DNA of 44,111 nucleotides. It comes from Pseudomonadota bacterium. Its GTDB lineage: Bacteria > Pseudomonadota > Gammaproteobacteria > Methylococcales > Methylomonadaceae. The notes beneath the pieces are model-generated. The model searched no databases. It was not told the origin of the DNA and saw nothing but the letters and a program-made list of their open reading frames with translations. Of this stretch, positions 16,805 through 23,407 are shown in pieces (within the stretch, counting starts at the first letter, position 1; each line of letters begins with the position of its first letter). The stretch covers positions 1 to 44,111 of the forward strand of contig JBDLQG010000001.1 in the NCBI GenBank assembly GCA_039800705.1. The letters are read 5' to 3'. Both the position numbers and the translations under genes were made by a program.

Positions 16805-16998
16805 TGCGTTACCCATTCAATAAACAGCATTAACACGCCTAAAATAATCATGCCCAAACCAATGCCAATAAAAAAACCATCATTGTTTTCTTGCTCAAGT
16901 GCGTTTTTTTTGCGGTAAAACTCGGCTACAGTGTCCAGTTCAGGAGACAAACACACTTCTTTTTTGTGTCTACGTTTAACATCAATTATTTTGCTCAT
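16801..16998 (-). CDS. small membrane protein
   Basis: Hydrophobic GFFIGIGLGMIILGVLMLFIEWV segment. Confidence 0.6.
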   Translation of the reverse strand: MSKIIDVKRRHKKEVCLSPELDTVAEFYRKKNALEQENNDGFFIGIGLGMIILGVLMLFIEWVTQ

Positions 16999-17096
16999 GG
17001 TCTATCTCTCAGTTGTAGTTTTGACAGTTGCAACGCGCGGACGTTGTGACGGCTTACTTTTTTCTTGTGATACATCGGTTTAAGTTTGCTTTTCAT
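16995..17096 (-). CDS. possible 33-aa highly basic ORF (not in track)
   Basis: MKSKLKPMYHKKKVSRHNVRALQLSKLQLRDRP. Fills the gap exactly: starts 4 nt after the upstream stop and forms ATGA with the downstream start. Confidence 0.35.
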   Translation of the reverse strand: MKSKLKPMYHKKKVSRHNVRALQLSKLQLRDRP

Positions 17097-17099
17097 ACA

Positions 17100-17408
17100 T
17101 CACCCGTAAATTCGATTTATTGCGTTTATCCAACGTTGTTTGCTAAATGGTGTTATGTCATCAAAAAAGCCGCCAGCGGTCATTGATGCAATGATTACAG
17201 GTGCTTTTTTAAACATTGCCAGTTTGATTATGTGCTTTTTATAGCAGCCAATATTGTCAAGATACCAGCATTTAGAAGAGCAATAATTGTCTATCGACTC
17301 ATTGCTGGCAGGGTTAAAATGCTCCAGGCAATGACTACATTGTGGCCGTTTATCAGCTAGTATTTGCGGTATTGAGTCACCAAAACCGTACGGTGTGTAA
17401 TAACTCAT
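17100..17408 (-). CDS. Cys-rich hypothetical protein
   Basis: 102 aa containing CSHC...CSSKC. Confidence 0.6.
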   Translation of the reverse strand: MSYYTPYGFGDSIPQILADKRPQCSHCLEHFNPASNESIDNYCSSKCWYLDNIGCYKKHIIKLAMFKKAPVIIASMTAGGFFDDITPFSKQRWINAINRIYG

Positions 17409-17599
17409 ACAATCCCCACTATTATCGATTTTTCCTCAACCGTCACAGAGATACTAACAATCTCTGTAATCGCCGGATATTGCTCACTAAACGCTTTTAT
17501 AGCGTCAATTGCTAATGACGCCACAACTAGCACATCAAAAGGTACTAACGCGCCGTTATTGCGGTATAAAACGCTAACTTTCCAAAGTGTTGATTTCAT
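17405..17599 (-). CDS. hypothetical protein
   Basis: 64 aa, ATGA coupling on both sides. Confidence 0.55.
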   Translation of the reverse strand: MKSTLWKVSVLYRNNGALVPFDVLVVASLAIDAIKAFSEQYPAITEIVSISVTVEEKSIIVGIV

Positions 17600-17712
17600 G
17601 ATTGCTTGCCTTTATATCTAGTGTTAAGTCTTACCCAGTTTTGGTTAGCGCATGTTCTTTTTTTTGTGTTTTTCACATACCCAAAAGGATATAAATTAAA
17701 TTTAGGATTCAT
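17596..17712 (-). CDS. 38-aa basic ORF (not in track)
   Basis: GGAG 7 nt before ATG at 17712, and its stop forms ATGA with the 17599 start. Confidence 0.5.
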   Translation of the reverse strand: MNPKFNLYPFGYVKNTKKRTCANQNWVRLNTRYKGKQS

Positions 17713-17723
17713 GATTATCTCCA

Positions 17724-17751
17724 GTAAAAAAATGCTCACATCCATGTGAGC
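17724..17751 (-). terminator. rho-independent terminator
   Basis: On the - strand: GCTCACA-TGGA-TGTGAGC followed by ATTTTTTT. Confidence 0.7.
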
Positions 17752-17802
17752 GAGTGGCTGAACCTTTAGGAGTTCAAAGTGTTTTAAATTTTTGTGTGTT
17801 AT

Positions 17803-18057
17803 TTACCATGACGCTATTTCGCTTTTAAATACAAATTTGCTTTTAAATTTTCTAGGCGTGTTTATAGCTTGTGCCGCTTCACTATAATTTACATTGCGAT
17901 ATGGATAAACGTCTTTATTTTCTTCAAAATGAACTGTTCTATCTGTACCGCTCCCACTTGGGTAAAATGATGTTATGTATAATACAAAAGGGTCACATTT
18001 AGCTATCATTGAGGCAGAAACTTCAATTTTTTGCTCTATTAAATCTTCTATTTTCAT
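17803..18057 (-). CDS. hypothetical protein, 84 aa (AT-rich)
   Basis: First gene after the divergent promoter, followed by a terminator. Confidence 0.6.
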   Translation of the reverse strand: MKIEDLIEQKIEVSASMIAKCDPFVLYITSFYPSGSGTDRTVHFEENKDVYPYRNVNYSEAAQAINTPRKFKSKFVFKSEIASW

Positions 18058-18098
18058 GACGTTCTCCAGTAGTTTGTGTTTTGCTTAAGTTGAAATTA

Positions 18099-18177
18099 GT
18101 ATACACGATTTTAAGAATAAAAAAAGAAGTTTATTAAAAATAATTAAAATATTTTTCTTTTTTTAATCGTGTATAAT
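18099..18177. promoter_or_regulatory. mirror-image divergent promoters: 13-bp inverted repeat AGTATACACGATT / AATCGTGTATAAT flanking a 53-bp A/T spacer
   Basis: Each arm carries a -10 (TATACT leftward, TATAAT rightward) fused to the same AATCGTG box. 12/13 positions are symmetric. Confidence 0.55.
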
Positions 18178-18203
18178 GTGATTTTTGATAATCAGGAATT
18201 ACA

Positions 18204-18344
18204 ATGAAATTTGAAAGAACAGAAACCGATGAAAACGTCCATATCCATGCCAGCGCAACAATTTTCAAATTTTTTGAATATGCGTTACGGGCTGCTGTGA
18301 TTGTTTGGGTTGTGGCTGGTTTATTTTTTGATAAGCACGCATGA
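18204..18344 (+). CDS. 46-aa peptide with hydrophobic C-terminal half (not in track)
   Basis: AGGAA RBS. MKFERTETDENVHIHASATIFKFFEYALRAAVIVWVVAGLFFDKHA. ATGA overlap with the next gene. Confidence 0.55.
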   Translation: MKFERTETDENVHIHASATIFKFFEYALRAAVIVWVVAGLFFDKHA

Positions 18345-18550
18345 GCGCAGAAAAAGTAAAACGCGGCAAAGGTAGACCGCCAGTTGATAATCCGCTTTGT
18401 AAGTCGTTAGCGGGTAAGGTATCAGTAGAAGACAAAAACTGGATTGATGCGCGGGTTAAAGCGTTAGGTATGACGGCTAATGAGTATGTAAACTGGCTGG
18501 TAAAGCAGGATAAAGCCAAAGTTGCTAAGCAAAATAAAAGCCCCGTGTAG
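18341..18550 (+). CDS. ribbon-helix-helix-like DNA-binding protein
   Basis: LAGKVSVEDKNWIDARVKALGMTANEYVNWLV has a strand-helix-helix pattern. The stop codon lies inside the terminator stem. Confidence 0.6.
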   Translation: MSAEKVKRGKGRPPVDNPLCKSLAGKVSVEDKNWIDARVKALGMTANEYVNWLVKQDKAKVAKQNKSPV

Positions 18551-18558
18551 GGGCTTTT
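18536..18558. terminator. bidirectional rho-independent terminator
   Basis: AAAAGCCCC-GTGTA-GGGGCTTTT between convergent genes. Confidence 0.8.
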
Positions 18559-18568
18559 TTGTGAGTGG

Positions 18569-18991
18569 TCAGAAGGGTATCGAGTCATCGTAATCATGAA
18601 CAGGCGGCGGTGCATACCCGTTAGATTTAGCCGCGTTATGATTGTTTTGTGGCGCGGTTTGACTTGGTTGCGTGTCGGGTTTTTTTCCAACTAAATCAAG
18701 GATGTTAGCGTTAAGCTCCATACTGGTTTTTGTTGATCCATCGTTGGTTTTGTATTCGCTTAGCGTCAATTCACCTGAACAAAACACAGTTGTTCCCTTT
18801 ACCAAGTAGTTTTTTATATTGCCCTCGGCGCGTTTACCCCATAGCGCAACTCTTACCCAGTTAGTCTTTTGATTATCACCAAATCCAACATTATTGGCTA
18901 CCGATACATTTAAAACCGCTTGGCCACTTGACAAATAACGAACTTCTGCATCTTTGCCTATTACGCCTGTAAAACTAAATACATTTGACAT
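18569..18991 (-). CDS. ssb: single-stranded DNA-binding protein
   Basis: OB-fold N-terminus (...VANNVGFGDNQKTNWVRVALWGKRAE...), Gln/Pro-rich linker and acidic tip DYDDSIPF. Confidence 0.95.
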   Translation of the reverse strand: MSNVFSFTGVIGKDAEVRYLSSGQAVLNVSVANNVGFGDNQKTNWVRVALWGKRAEGNIKNYLVKGTTVFCSGELTLSEYKTNDGSTKTSMELNANILDLVGKKPDTQPSQTAPQNNHNAAKSNGYAPPPVHDYDDSIPF

Positions 18992-18994
18992 TTT

Positions 18995-19180
18995 TTAACC
19001 TTTTGTTGGATAAATCGCCAATAACAATTGTCTCAGTTTTTCAAGTGTTTCGACAATTTCAGCATCATCTGACAATGCCGTTAATCTTGCATATTCTTTT
19101 AACTCATCACGTTGCGTTTCAATTTCAACAAAACAAGCATCTAATGCTTGCTGAATTGCTTGCTGTTTTGGTGTTTTCAT
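18995..19180 (-). CDS. hypothetical protein
   Basis: 61 aa, operon context. Confidence 0.55.
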   Translation of the reverse strand: MKTPKQQAIQQALDACFVEIETQRDELKEYARLTALSDDAEIVETLEKLRQLLLAIYPTKG

Positions 19181-19605
19181 TTTAAAACCTCTTGTTTTTC
19201 GTTAAGTTCACGCTGTTTTATAGCGCGGTGTAGTTGCATCTGTAGTCGTTTAATTTCTACAAGTTCGGGCGGTATGTCATAATTTGTCAAATTACATAAA
19301 ACAAAAGGTTTATGTACTCTTATTAATGACTTTACCATCGTGTCTGAAAATGGGTTTTCTTTTCGCCATTCTGCTATTCTTTTATAAACTCTATTGATAT
19401 TATTTTTTTGCCATTCAGCATTTCTTTTAGCTAGGGTTTCGGCATTTTCTTTTTGCCATTTTTCCCATTTTTCAGGGTTTTGCTTTTTCCACTTAGCACC
19501 TTGTTCTTTTGCGCATATTTTACATTTTTCGTTTTTATTGCGCTCAACAACGCCATGTTTTTTGCACGGCTTAGGTTGTTTACTTTGGCATGTCGATGTA
19601 GTCAT
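19177..19605 (-). CDS. Lys/Trp-rich protein with N-terminal CxxH..CxxC
   Basis: 142 aa with repeated W(K/Q)K.NPEKW-type motifs. Confidence 0.6.
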   Translation of the reverse strand: MTTSTCQSKQPKPCKKHGVVERNKNEKCKICAKEQGAKWKKQNPEKWEKWQKENAETLAKRNAEWQKNNINRVYKRIAEWRKENPFSDTMVKSLIRVHKPFVLCNLTNYDIPPELVEIKRLQMQLHRAIKQRELNEKQEVLK

Positions 19606-19795
19606 GTTCTAACGCCTTTTGTTGGTTTTCTGGCAATGCTTTAGTAGCGGCAATCTCAACAAGCCATGAATTAACAATGCTATTGGCTAAATTGCCAACT
19701 ACTTTAGCCTGATTAATGCTAGATTTACCGCTTTGCACGTTTTCTATTTCAGCTTCTAACTTAACGCGTAATGCTGTCATGTCGGGTATTTTCAT
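19580..19795 (-). CDS. hypothetical protein
   Basis: 71 aa. Confidence 0.5.
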   Translation of the reverse strand: MKIPDMTALRVKLEAEIENVQSGKSSINQAKVVGNLANSIVNSWLVEIAATKALPENQQKALEHDYIDMPK

Positions 19796-20544
19796 TTTAA
19801 CGTCTCCAAGTATTGATATTTACGCTCAACTGCCAGCCTTAGCCGATGTTTAAGCGTGTTAATTTTTGCATCGTCACGGTCAATAGTGACAGTGTGCAGT
19901 GGTTTATCGTGTGATGGTCGGTAGCTGTGCCAATATCCAACAGTCGCACCTGTAGATTCGAGTTGGCTTATTACTTGCCAATAGTAACCAGTGTAATGTT
20001 TTTCTAAATCGGCAGCGGTAAAGACCTTTAAACAGTTAAAAGTGTGCGTGTCGGAATTAGGGCATTTAACTTCATGCGTAGCTTTAACGGTGTACAGGTC
20101 ATCATCGTATTCAACGCCGTCTGGAGTTGCACCCCATTCGCCATTGTTAAAAAAAAACTGCTCATTGTTAGTGTAAGCAAGGGTAATACCATAAGCGGCT
20201 TGTATAGCCTCTATTGCCATAGGTTCCGTATCGATACCGTATTGCATGGCCGCGCTGGTGTAGCTTTCATCTTGTACACTGTCTTTTAATTCAGCGACTT
20301 TTTCTATGATGTATTTATCCGCGCCATCGGGTAAAAAGGTGTTGTCTTTTTTCCATGATTTTTTAGTTTTATGCGCTTCCTGCATTGGCACATAAATATA
20401 ACTGTCTTCTGTTTTTATCCGTTCGTAGCAAGTGTGCTGGTCTGTAAATTCACAGGTTACATAACCAGCACTACCGCCCATCAATCGATAGTTTTGTGAC
20501 GCGGTAAATAGCCCGCGTCTTGCTTTGGCTGTTTCGGGTGTCAT
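19792..20544 (-). CDS. YqaJ/lambda-Exo-like recombination exonuclease
   Basis: PD-(D/E)xK signature ...PDGVEYDD...HEVKCP, adjacent to the annealase gene. Confidence 0.8.
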   Translation of the reverse strand: MTPETAKARRGLFTASQNYRLMGGSAGYVTCEFTDQHTCYERIKTEDSYIYVPMQEAHKTKKSWKKDNTFLPDGADKYIIEKVAELKDSVQDESYTSAAMQYGIDTEPMAIEAIQAAYGITLAYTNNEQFFFNNGEWGATPDGVEYDDDLYTVKATHEVKCPNSDTHTFNCLKVFTAADLEKHYTGYYWQVISQLESTGATVGYWHSYRPSHDKPLHTVTIDRDDAKINTLKHRLRLAVERKYQYLETLK

Positions 20545-20545
20545 G

Positions 20546-21247
20546 TTAGCCGCCTAATAACGCCGCGACTAATGGCAACAGTCTATCTTTTGCGGATTGA
20601 TGGGTAACATCATCATAAATTGCATTGGCGGCATTAGAGTCAATCACCGTGTTTTCTGACAATGCTTTTTTAGACAACGTGTCAATTTTTACCCGCGCGG
20701 CAATGTATTGTTTTACATCACCATACAATTGATATTTTGATGATATGCCAGTAAACAACTTGTTTAAATCAGCGTTAGCATTTACCCAGTTAGCGATATT
20801 TTCATCGGCGCGTTCAAACGTGTAGATTTCTTTTTCAACTGGCGCGACTGGTTGTTGTGTTTTACTTACGGCGTTACCGTCATCGTCTTCCTGTGCTAAT
20901 CCACACATTGCAGACCATCCATAACGCCGCGCGTATGTCATAACACTTCCTATGCCCTGCGCGTCTTTTTTTGCACAAGGTATGGATAACGTAGAGCTAA
21001 TAAATTGACCGCTTTCGTGTAAAAGTATTGTTTCGACTGTTGCGCAATCATTTGCAAAACTTTCTAACTGTACAATGCTTAAACCAACTGATGCTAATAA
21101 GCCGCGTGATGCGTTTATCACTTCGCTTAAGTCTGCATATTTGCTTTTTAAATGCGGGTTTGTTGCATTTTTTGCAGGGTTTACAGCGGTAGCGTGGTAC
21201 TTGGCAAGGGCAGTTGCCAGTTCTTTGATCTCATCGGATTTATTCAT
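20546..21247 (-). CDS. erf: ERF-family single-strand annealing protein
   Basis: NPHLKSKYADLSEVINASRGLLASVGLSIVQ matches the ERF core motif. Confidence 0.85.
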   Translation of the reverse strand: MNKSDEIKELATALAKYHATAVNPAKNATNPHLKSKYADLSEVINASRGLLASVGLSIVQLESFANDCATVETILLHESGQFISSTLSIPCAKKDAQGIGSVMTYARRYGWSAMCGLAQEDDDGNAVSKTQQPVAPVEKEIYTFERADENIANWVNANADLNKLFTGISSKYQLYGDVKQYIAARVKIDTLSKKALSENTVIDSNAANAIYDDVTHQSAKDRLLPLVAALLGG

Positions 21248-21401
21248 GGCACATTACCCCAGTTGTTTGTTGTTCGCGTTGATATTGTCTAGCGTAACCA
21301 GACAGATAGAATGGATTTTTAAAGCGGCTTGGTAAACCGCGTAAGCAGTGGATAACGCCGCGTTTAAACAGCATTTGTTTCGTGTTCGTCTTGATTTTCA
21401 T
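21240..21401 (-). CDS. possible small ORF (53 aa from ATG 21401)
   Basis: Overlaps the 3' end of the better-supported 21364..21564 ORF in another frame. Start is uncertain. Confidence 0.3.
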   Translation of the reverse strand: MKIKTNTKQMLFKRGVIHCLRGLPSRFKNPFYLSGYARQYQREQQTTGVMCHE

Positions 21402-21564
21402 TGTCAGTACCTTTCCCCAATGGGGCAGCAGTTTCGTTTTTGTACATAGCAATGGCGGCATTCGCTAACCATTCGCTAAAGCCTACGTTTTTAAGCACGG
21501 TGTGTGCTTTGATTTTGTCAAACATTGACGCTTCGATTTTTACGCCTGTTCGTTTCATTTTCAT
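21364..21564 (-). CDS. small RHH-like protein
   Basis: Strong AAGGAGG RBS. GVKIEASMFDKIKAHTVLKNVGFSEWLANAAIAMY. Confidence 0.6.
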   Translation of the reverse strand: MKMKRTGVKIEASMFDKIKAHTVLKNVGFSEWLANAAIAMYKNETAAPLGKGTDNENQDEHETNAV

Positions 21565-21626
21565 GTGACCTCCTTTAAAGTCATGGTCATATTAACACAT
21601 TTACACAAAAACACAAAAGTTTAATA

Positions 21627-22052
21627 TCAATGTTTTATAAACCGACTCGCACCAGCGCGTAGCCTTGCCAGTACGTCTTTTTTTGCGTCCTTGTCAAATT
21701 CGTCCAGTAAATCCAGCAATCTAGCGAACTCCATAGAGGTTAGCTGTCCTTTTTGCTGATTTGTTTTTTTGCTGGTTATTGCCAGATTCCAGATTTTAAA
21801 GCTACCGTTACGGCTTACAGGCTGTTTATGGTCCAGTTCAATGTCGGTAATCGGTACACGAGCTCCTGTGTATTCACAAGTTAAGTATTGCCGTTTACGG
21901 TACGTTTCTATGCGTGGCTCATAGGTAAGCAAAAACAAGTAAAAGTCGTTAGGCATAGGCACATCATCGGGTGATATGCTTAGTTTTTTAGCACGCGCTA
22001 AACAATTGATCCTAAAGTTTTGTGCTTTTTTTTTGGCTATTTGTCGAAACAT
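21627..22052 (-). CDS. HNH endonuclease (possibly the C-terminal part of a longer gene)
   Basis: ELDHKQPVSRNGSFKIWNLAITSKKTNQQKG HNH motif. The start lies inside the upstream ORF next to an A9 run. Confidence 0.8.
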   Translation of the reverse strand: MFRQIAKKKAQNFRINCLARAKKLSISPDDVPMPNDFYLFLLTYEPRIETYRKRQYLTCEYTGARVPITDIELDHKQPVSRNGSFKIWNLAITSKKTNQQKGQLTSMEFARLLDLLDEFDKDAKKDVLARLRAGASRFIKH

Positions 22053-22203
22053 TATCTTTATCCTGTAGTGGCGCGTTTAGGTCCTCATAGCGCGGCGGTT
22101 TACCTGCCATCATGTCTAAAAAGTTTATGTGACGGCGGTTAGTTTCCAAGGTTTCTTTTAACGGCGGTTTTTTGGGTATTGTTCTGCGGGTCATTTTATA
22201 CAC
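22012..22203 (-). CDS. 63-aa ORF overlapping the HNH gene by 41 nt (possible N-terminal part of it)
   Basis: Ends ...NSQKKSTKL*. Removing one A from the A9 run fuses it in frame to ...AQNFRINCL... of the HNH ORF. Confidence 0.45.
   Translation of the reverse strand: MYKMTRRTIPKKPPLKETLETNRRHINFLDMMAGKPPRYEDLNAPLQDKDNVSTNSQKKSTKL
22026..22034 (-). other. A9 homopolymer (T9 on + strand) at the ORF junction
   Basis: Read directly: GCC AAA AAA AAA GCA in the HNH frame and CAA AAA AAA AGC in the upstream frame. Confidence 0.9.
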
Positions 22204-22478
22204 TCGCTTCTATATGCGCATAAATTGCAGACATTTTCAGCTTGCATTTGCAAATTAGGATTGCAATTAAAGCATTCTGGCGGCTCAATAAGAGTGCTCC
22301 AGAAACTATAATATTCAGCAGGATTTAAACCCATACAATCAACAATTAATACTTGTTTAATCTCGCATTTTTTACAACGTCTTATTGTTGATTTTGACGA
22401 TATTCCTAGTAAATCATAATCACCTTGTTGTATCGTTTCCCATTGATGGAAATGAAATAGTTTTTTTAAATTAATCAT
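22191..22478 (-). CDS. Cys-rich small protein
   Basis: 95 aa containing CKKC...CFNC...CNLC. Confidence 0.6.
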   Translation of the reverse strand: MINLKKLFHFHQWETIQQGDYDLLGISSKSTIRRCKKCEIKQVLIVDCMGLNPAEYYSFWSTLIEPPECFNCNPNLQMQAENVCNLCAYRSECIK

Positions 22479-23161
22479 TGGGTGTCGTGTCCGTGTATTA
22501 AGTTATGGCAATCTTTGCAGACTGTTAAAAGATGGTTCATTGGTTCATTGCCCAATTCTGCATAGGTTATGTGATGCACTCTGAGATTGTTTTTACTAAA
22601 ACAAAGTTTACATTCATTGTTATCAAGAGCCATTCTGTTTTGTCGTTGTCTTTTCCACTTTTCAGAATGAATATAATCGTTGTATTCGTCTAGCAGGATT
22701 TGTGGGATTTTGTGGGCATATTTAGGAATATCAAACGGTGTTAAATTTATAGCAGAACCAAGCAATAATAAATATGTTTCGTTCCAACTATTTGAAATCC
22801 ATTCAATAACTAAATCTGAAATATAACCAAGATGTTCCTTGCATTCTGGGCAATACAAAATATATGATTTTCTATCATCGTCATGTTGTATAAACCCAAA
22901 ACTTAACCCGTTACGGTTATGGTTATAATGCTCATCCGATAATTTCCAAAAATTATCTTTAAATACATCGGCTTTAAAATTTAAAGCTTTTCCTGATTGT
23001 TCAACAAGTTCATAACCACAATTTAAAGCAATCTCTTTTTTTACAGCCGTACCAAAGAACGAACCGCATTTAATACAATACTGTCTATATTGCGTTCTAC
23101 CTATTGAATCAGTTGTAAAACAATACTTAAATTCTGTTGATTCACATACTTTACATTTCAT
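22475..23161 (-). CDS. zinc-ribbon protein with C-terminal HNH nuclease motif
   Basis: CKVC..CIKC and CPEC at the N-terminus and middle. CKLC...RVHHITY...NHLLTVCKDCHNLIHGH at the C-terminus. Confidence 0.7.
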   Translation of the reverse strand: MKCKVCESTEFKYCFTTDSIGRTQYRQYCIKCGSFFGTAVKKEIALNCGYELVEQSGKALNFKADVFKDNFWKLSDEHYNHNRNGLSFGFIQHDDDRKSYILYCPECKEHLGYISDLVIEWISNSWNETYLLLLGSAINLTPFDIPKYAHKIPQILLDEYNDYIHSEKWKRQRQNRMALDNNECKLCFSKNNLRVHHITYAELGNEPMNHLLTVCKDCHNLIHGHDTQ

Positions 23162-23189
23162 TGTTAATATAATCCGTTTGTGCTATAGT
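23161..23189 (+). promoter_or_regulatory. rightward early promoter TTGTTA-17-TGcTATAGT
   Basis: -35, 17-nt spacer and extended -10 read directly, 34 nt upstream of ATG 23223. Confidence 0.55.
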
Positions 23190-23194
23190 GTGAT

Positions 23195-23211
23195 TTATTG
23201 TAACACAATAA
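23195..23211. promoter_or_regulatory. operator-like inverted repeat TTATTGT-AAC-ACAATAA
   Basis: Perfect 7-bp arms between the divergent early genes. Confidence 0.5.
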
Positions 23212-23222
23212 CAGGAAAAGCA

Positions 23223-23405
23223 ATGAAAAAAGTAAACAAAGACGCTGTTTTGCGGGCTAGAGTTCCAGCCAAAATTTTTGACAAGGTAAATGAGGAGGCT
23301 AAAAAACAAGGTGTTTTAAATTTGTCTGATTATGTCCGTGTTGCGGTTTTTGAAAAATTGGCACGCGATTCTGGTAAATCGATTACGGATTTATTGGAGC
23401 ATTAA
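23223..23405 (+). CDS. ribbon-helix-helix regulator (first rightward early gene)
   Basis: LRARVPAKIFDKVNEEAKKQGVLNLSDYVRVAVFEKL has a CopG/Arc-like pattern. ATG 23223 follows AGGAAAAG. Confidence 0.65.
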   Translation: MKKVNKDAVLRARVPAKIFDKVNEEAKKQGVLNLSDYVRVAVFEKLARDSGKSITDLLEH

Positions 23406-23407
23406 TC

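Noticed and set aside
18265-18690. 141-aa - strand ORF
   Set aside because: It overlaps the well-supported + strand peptide/RHH cassette, the bidirectional terminator and the 3' end of ssb, and it has an implausible composition.
13286-23161. Lysogeny module (integrase/repressor/attP) or plasmid-prophage functions
   Set aside because: Several small HTH/RHH regulators and a Rha protein are present. However, I could recognise no integrase, recombinase, transposase, protelomerase or partition gene, so I make no claim of a temperate lifestyle.
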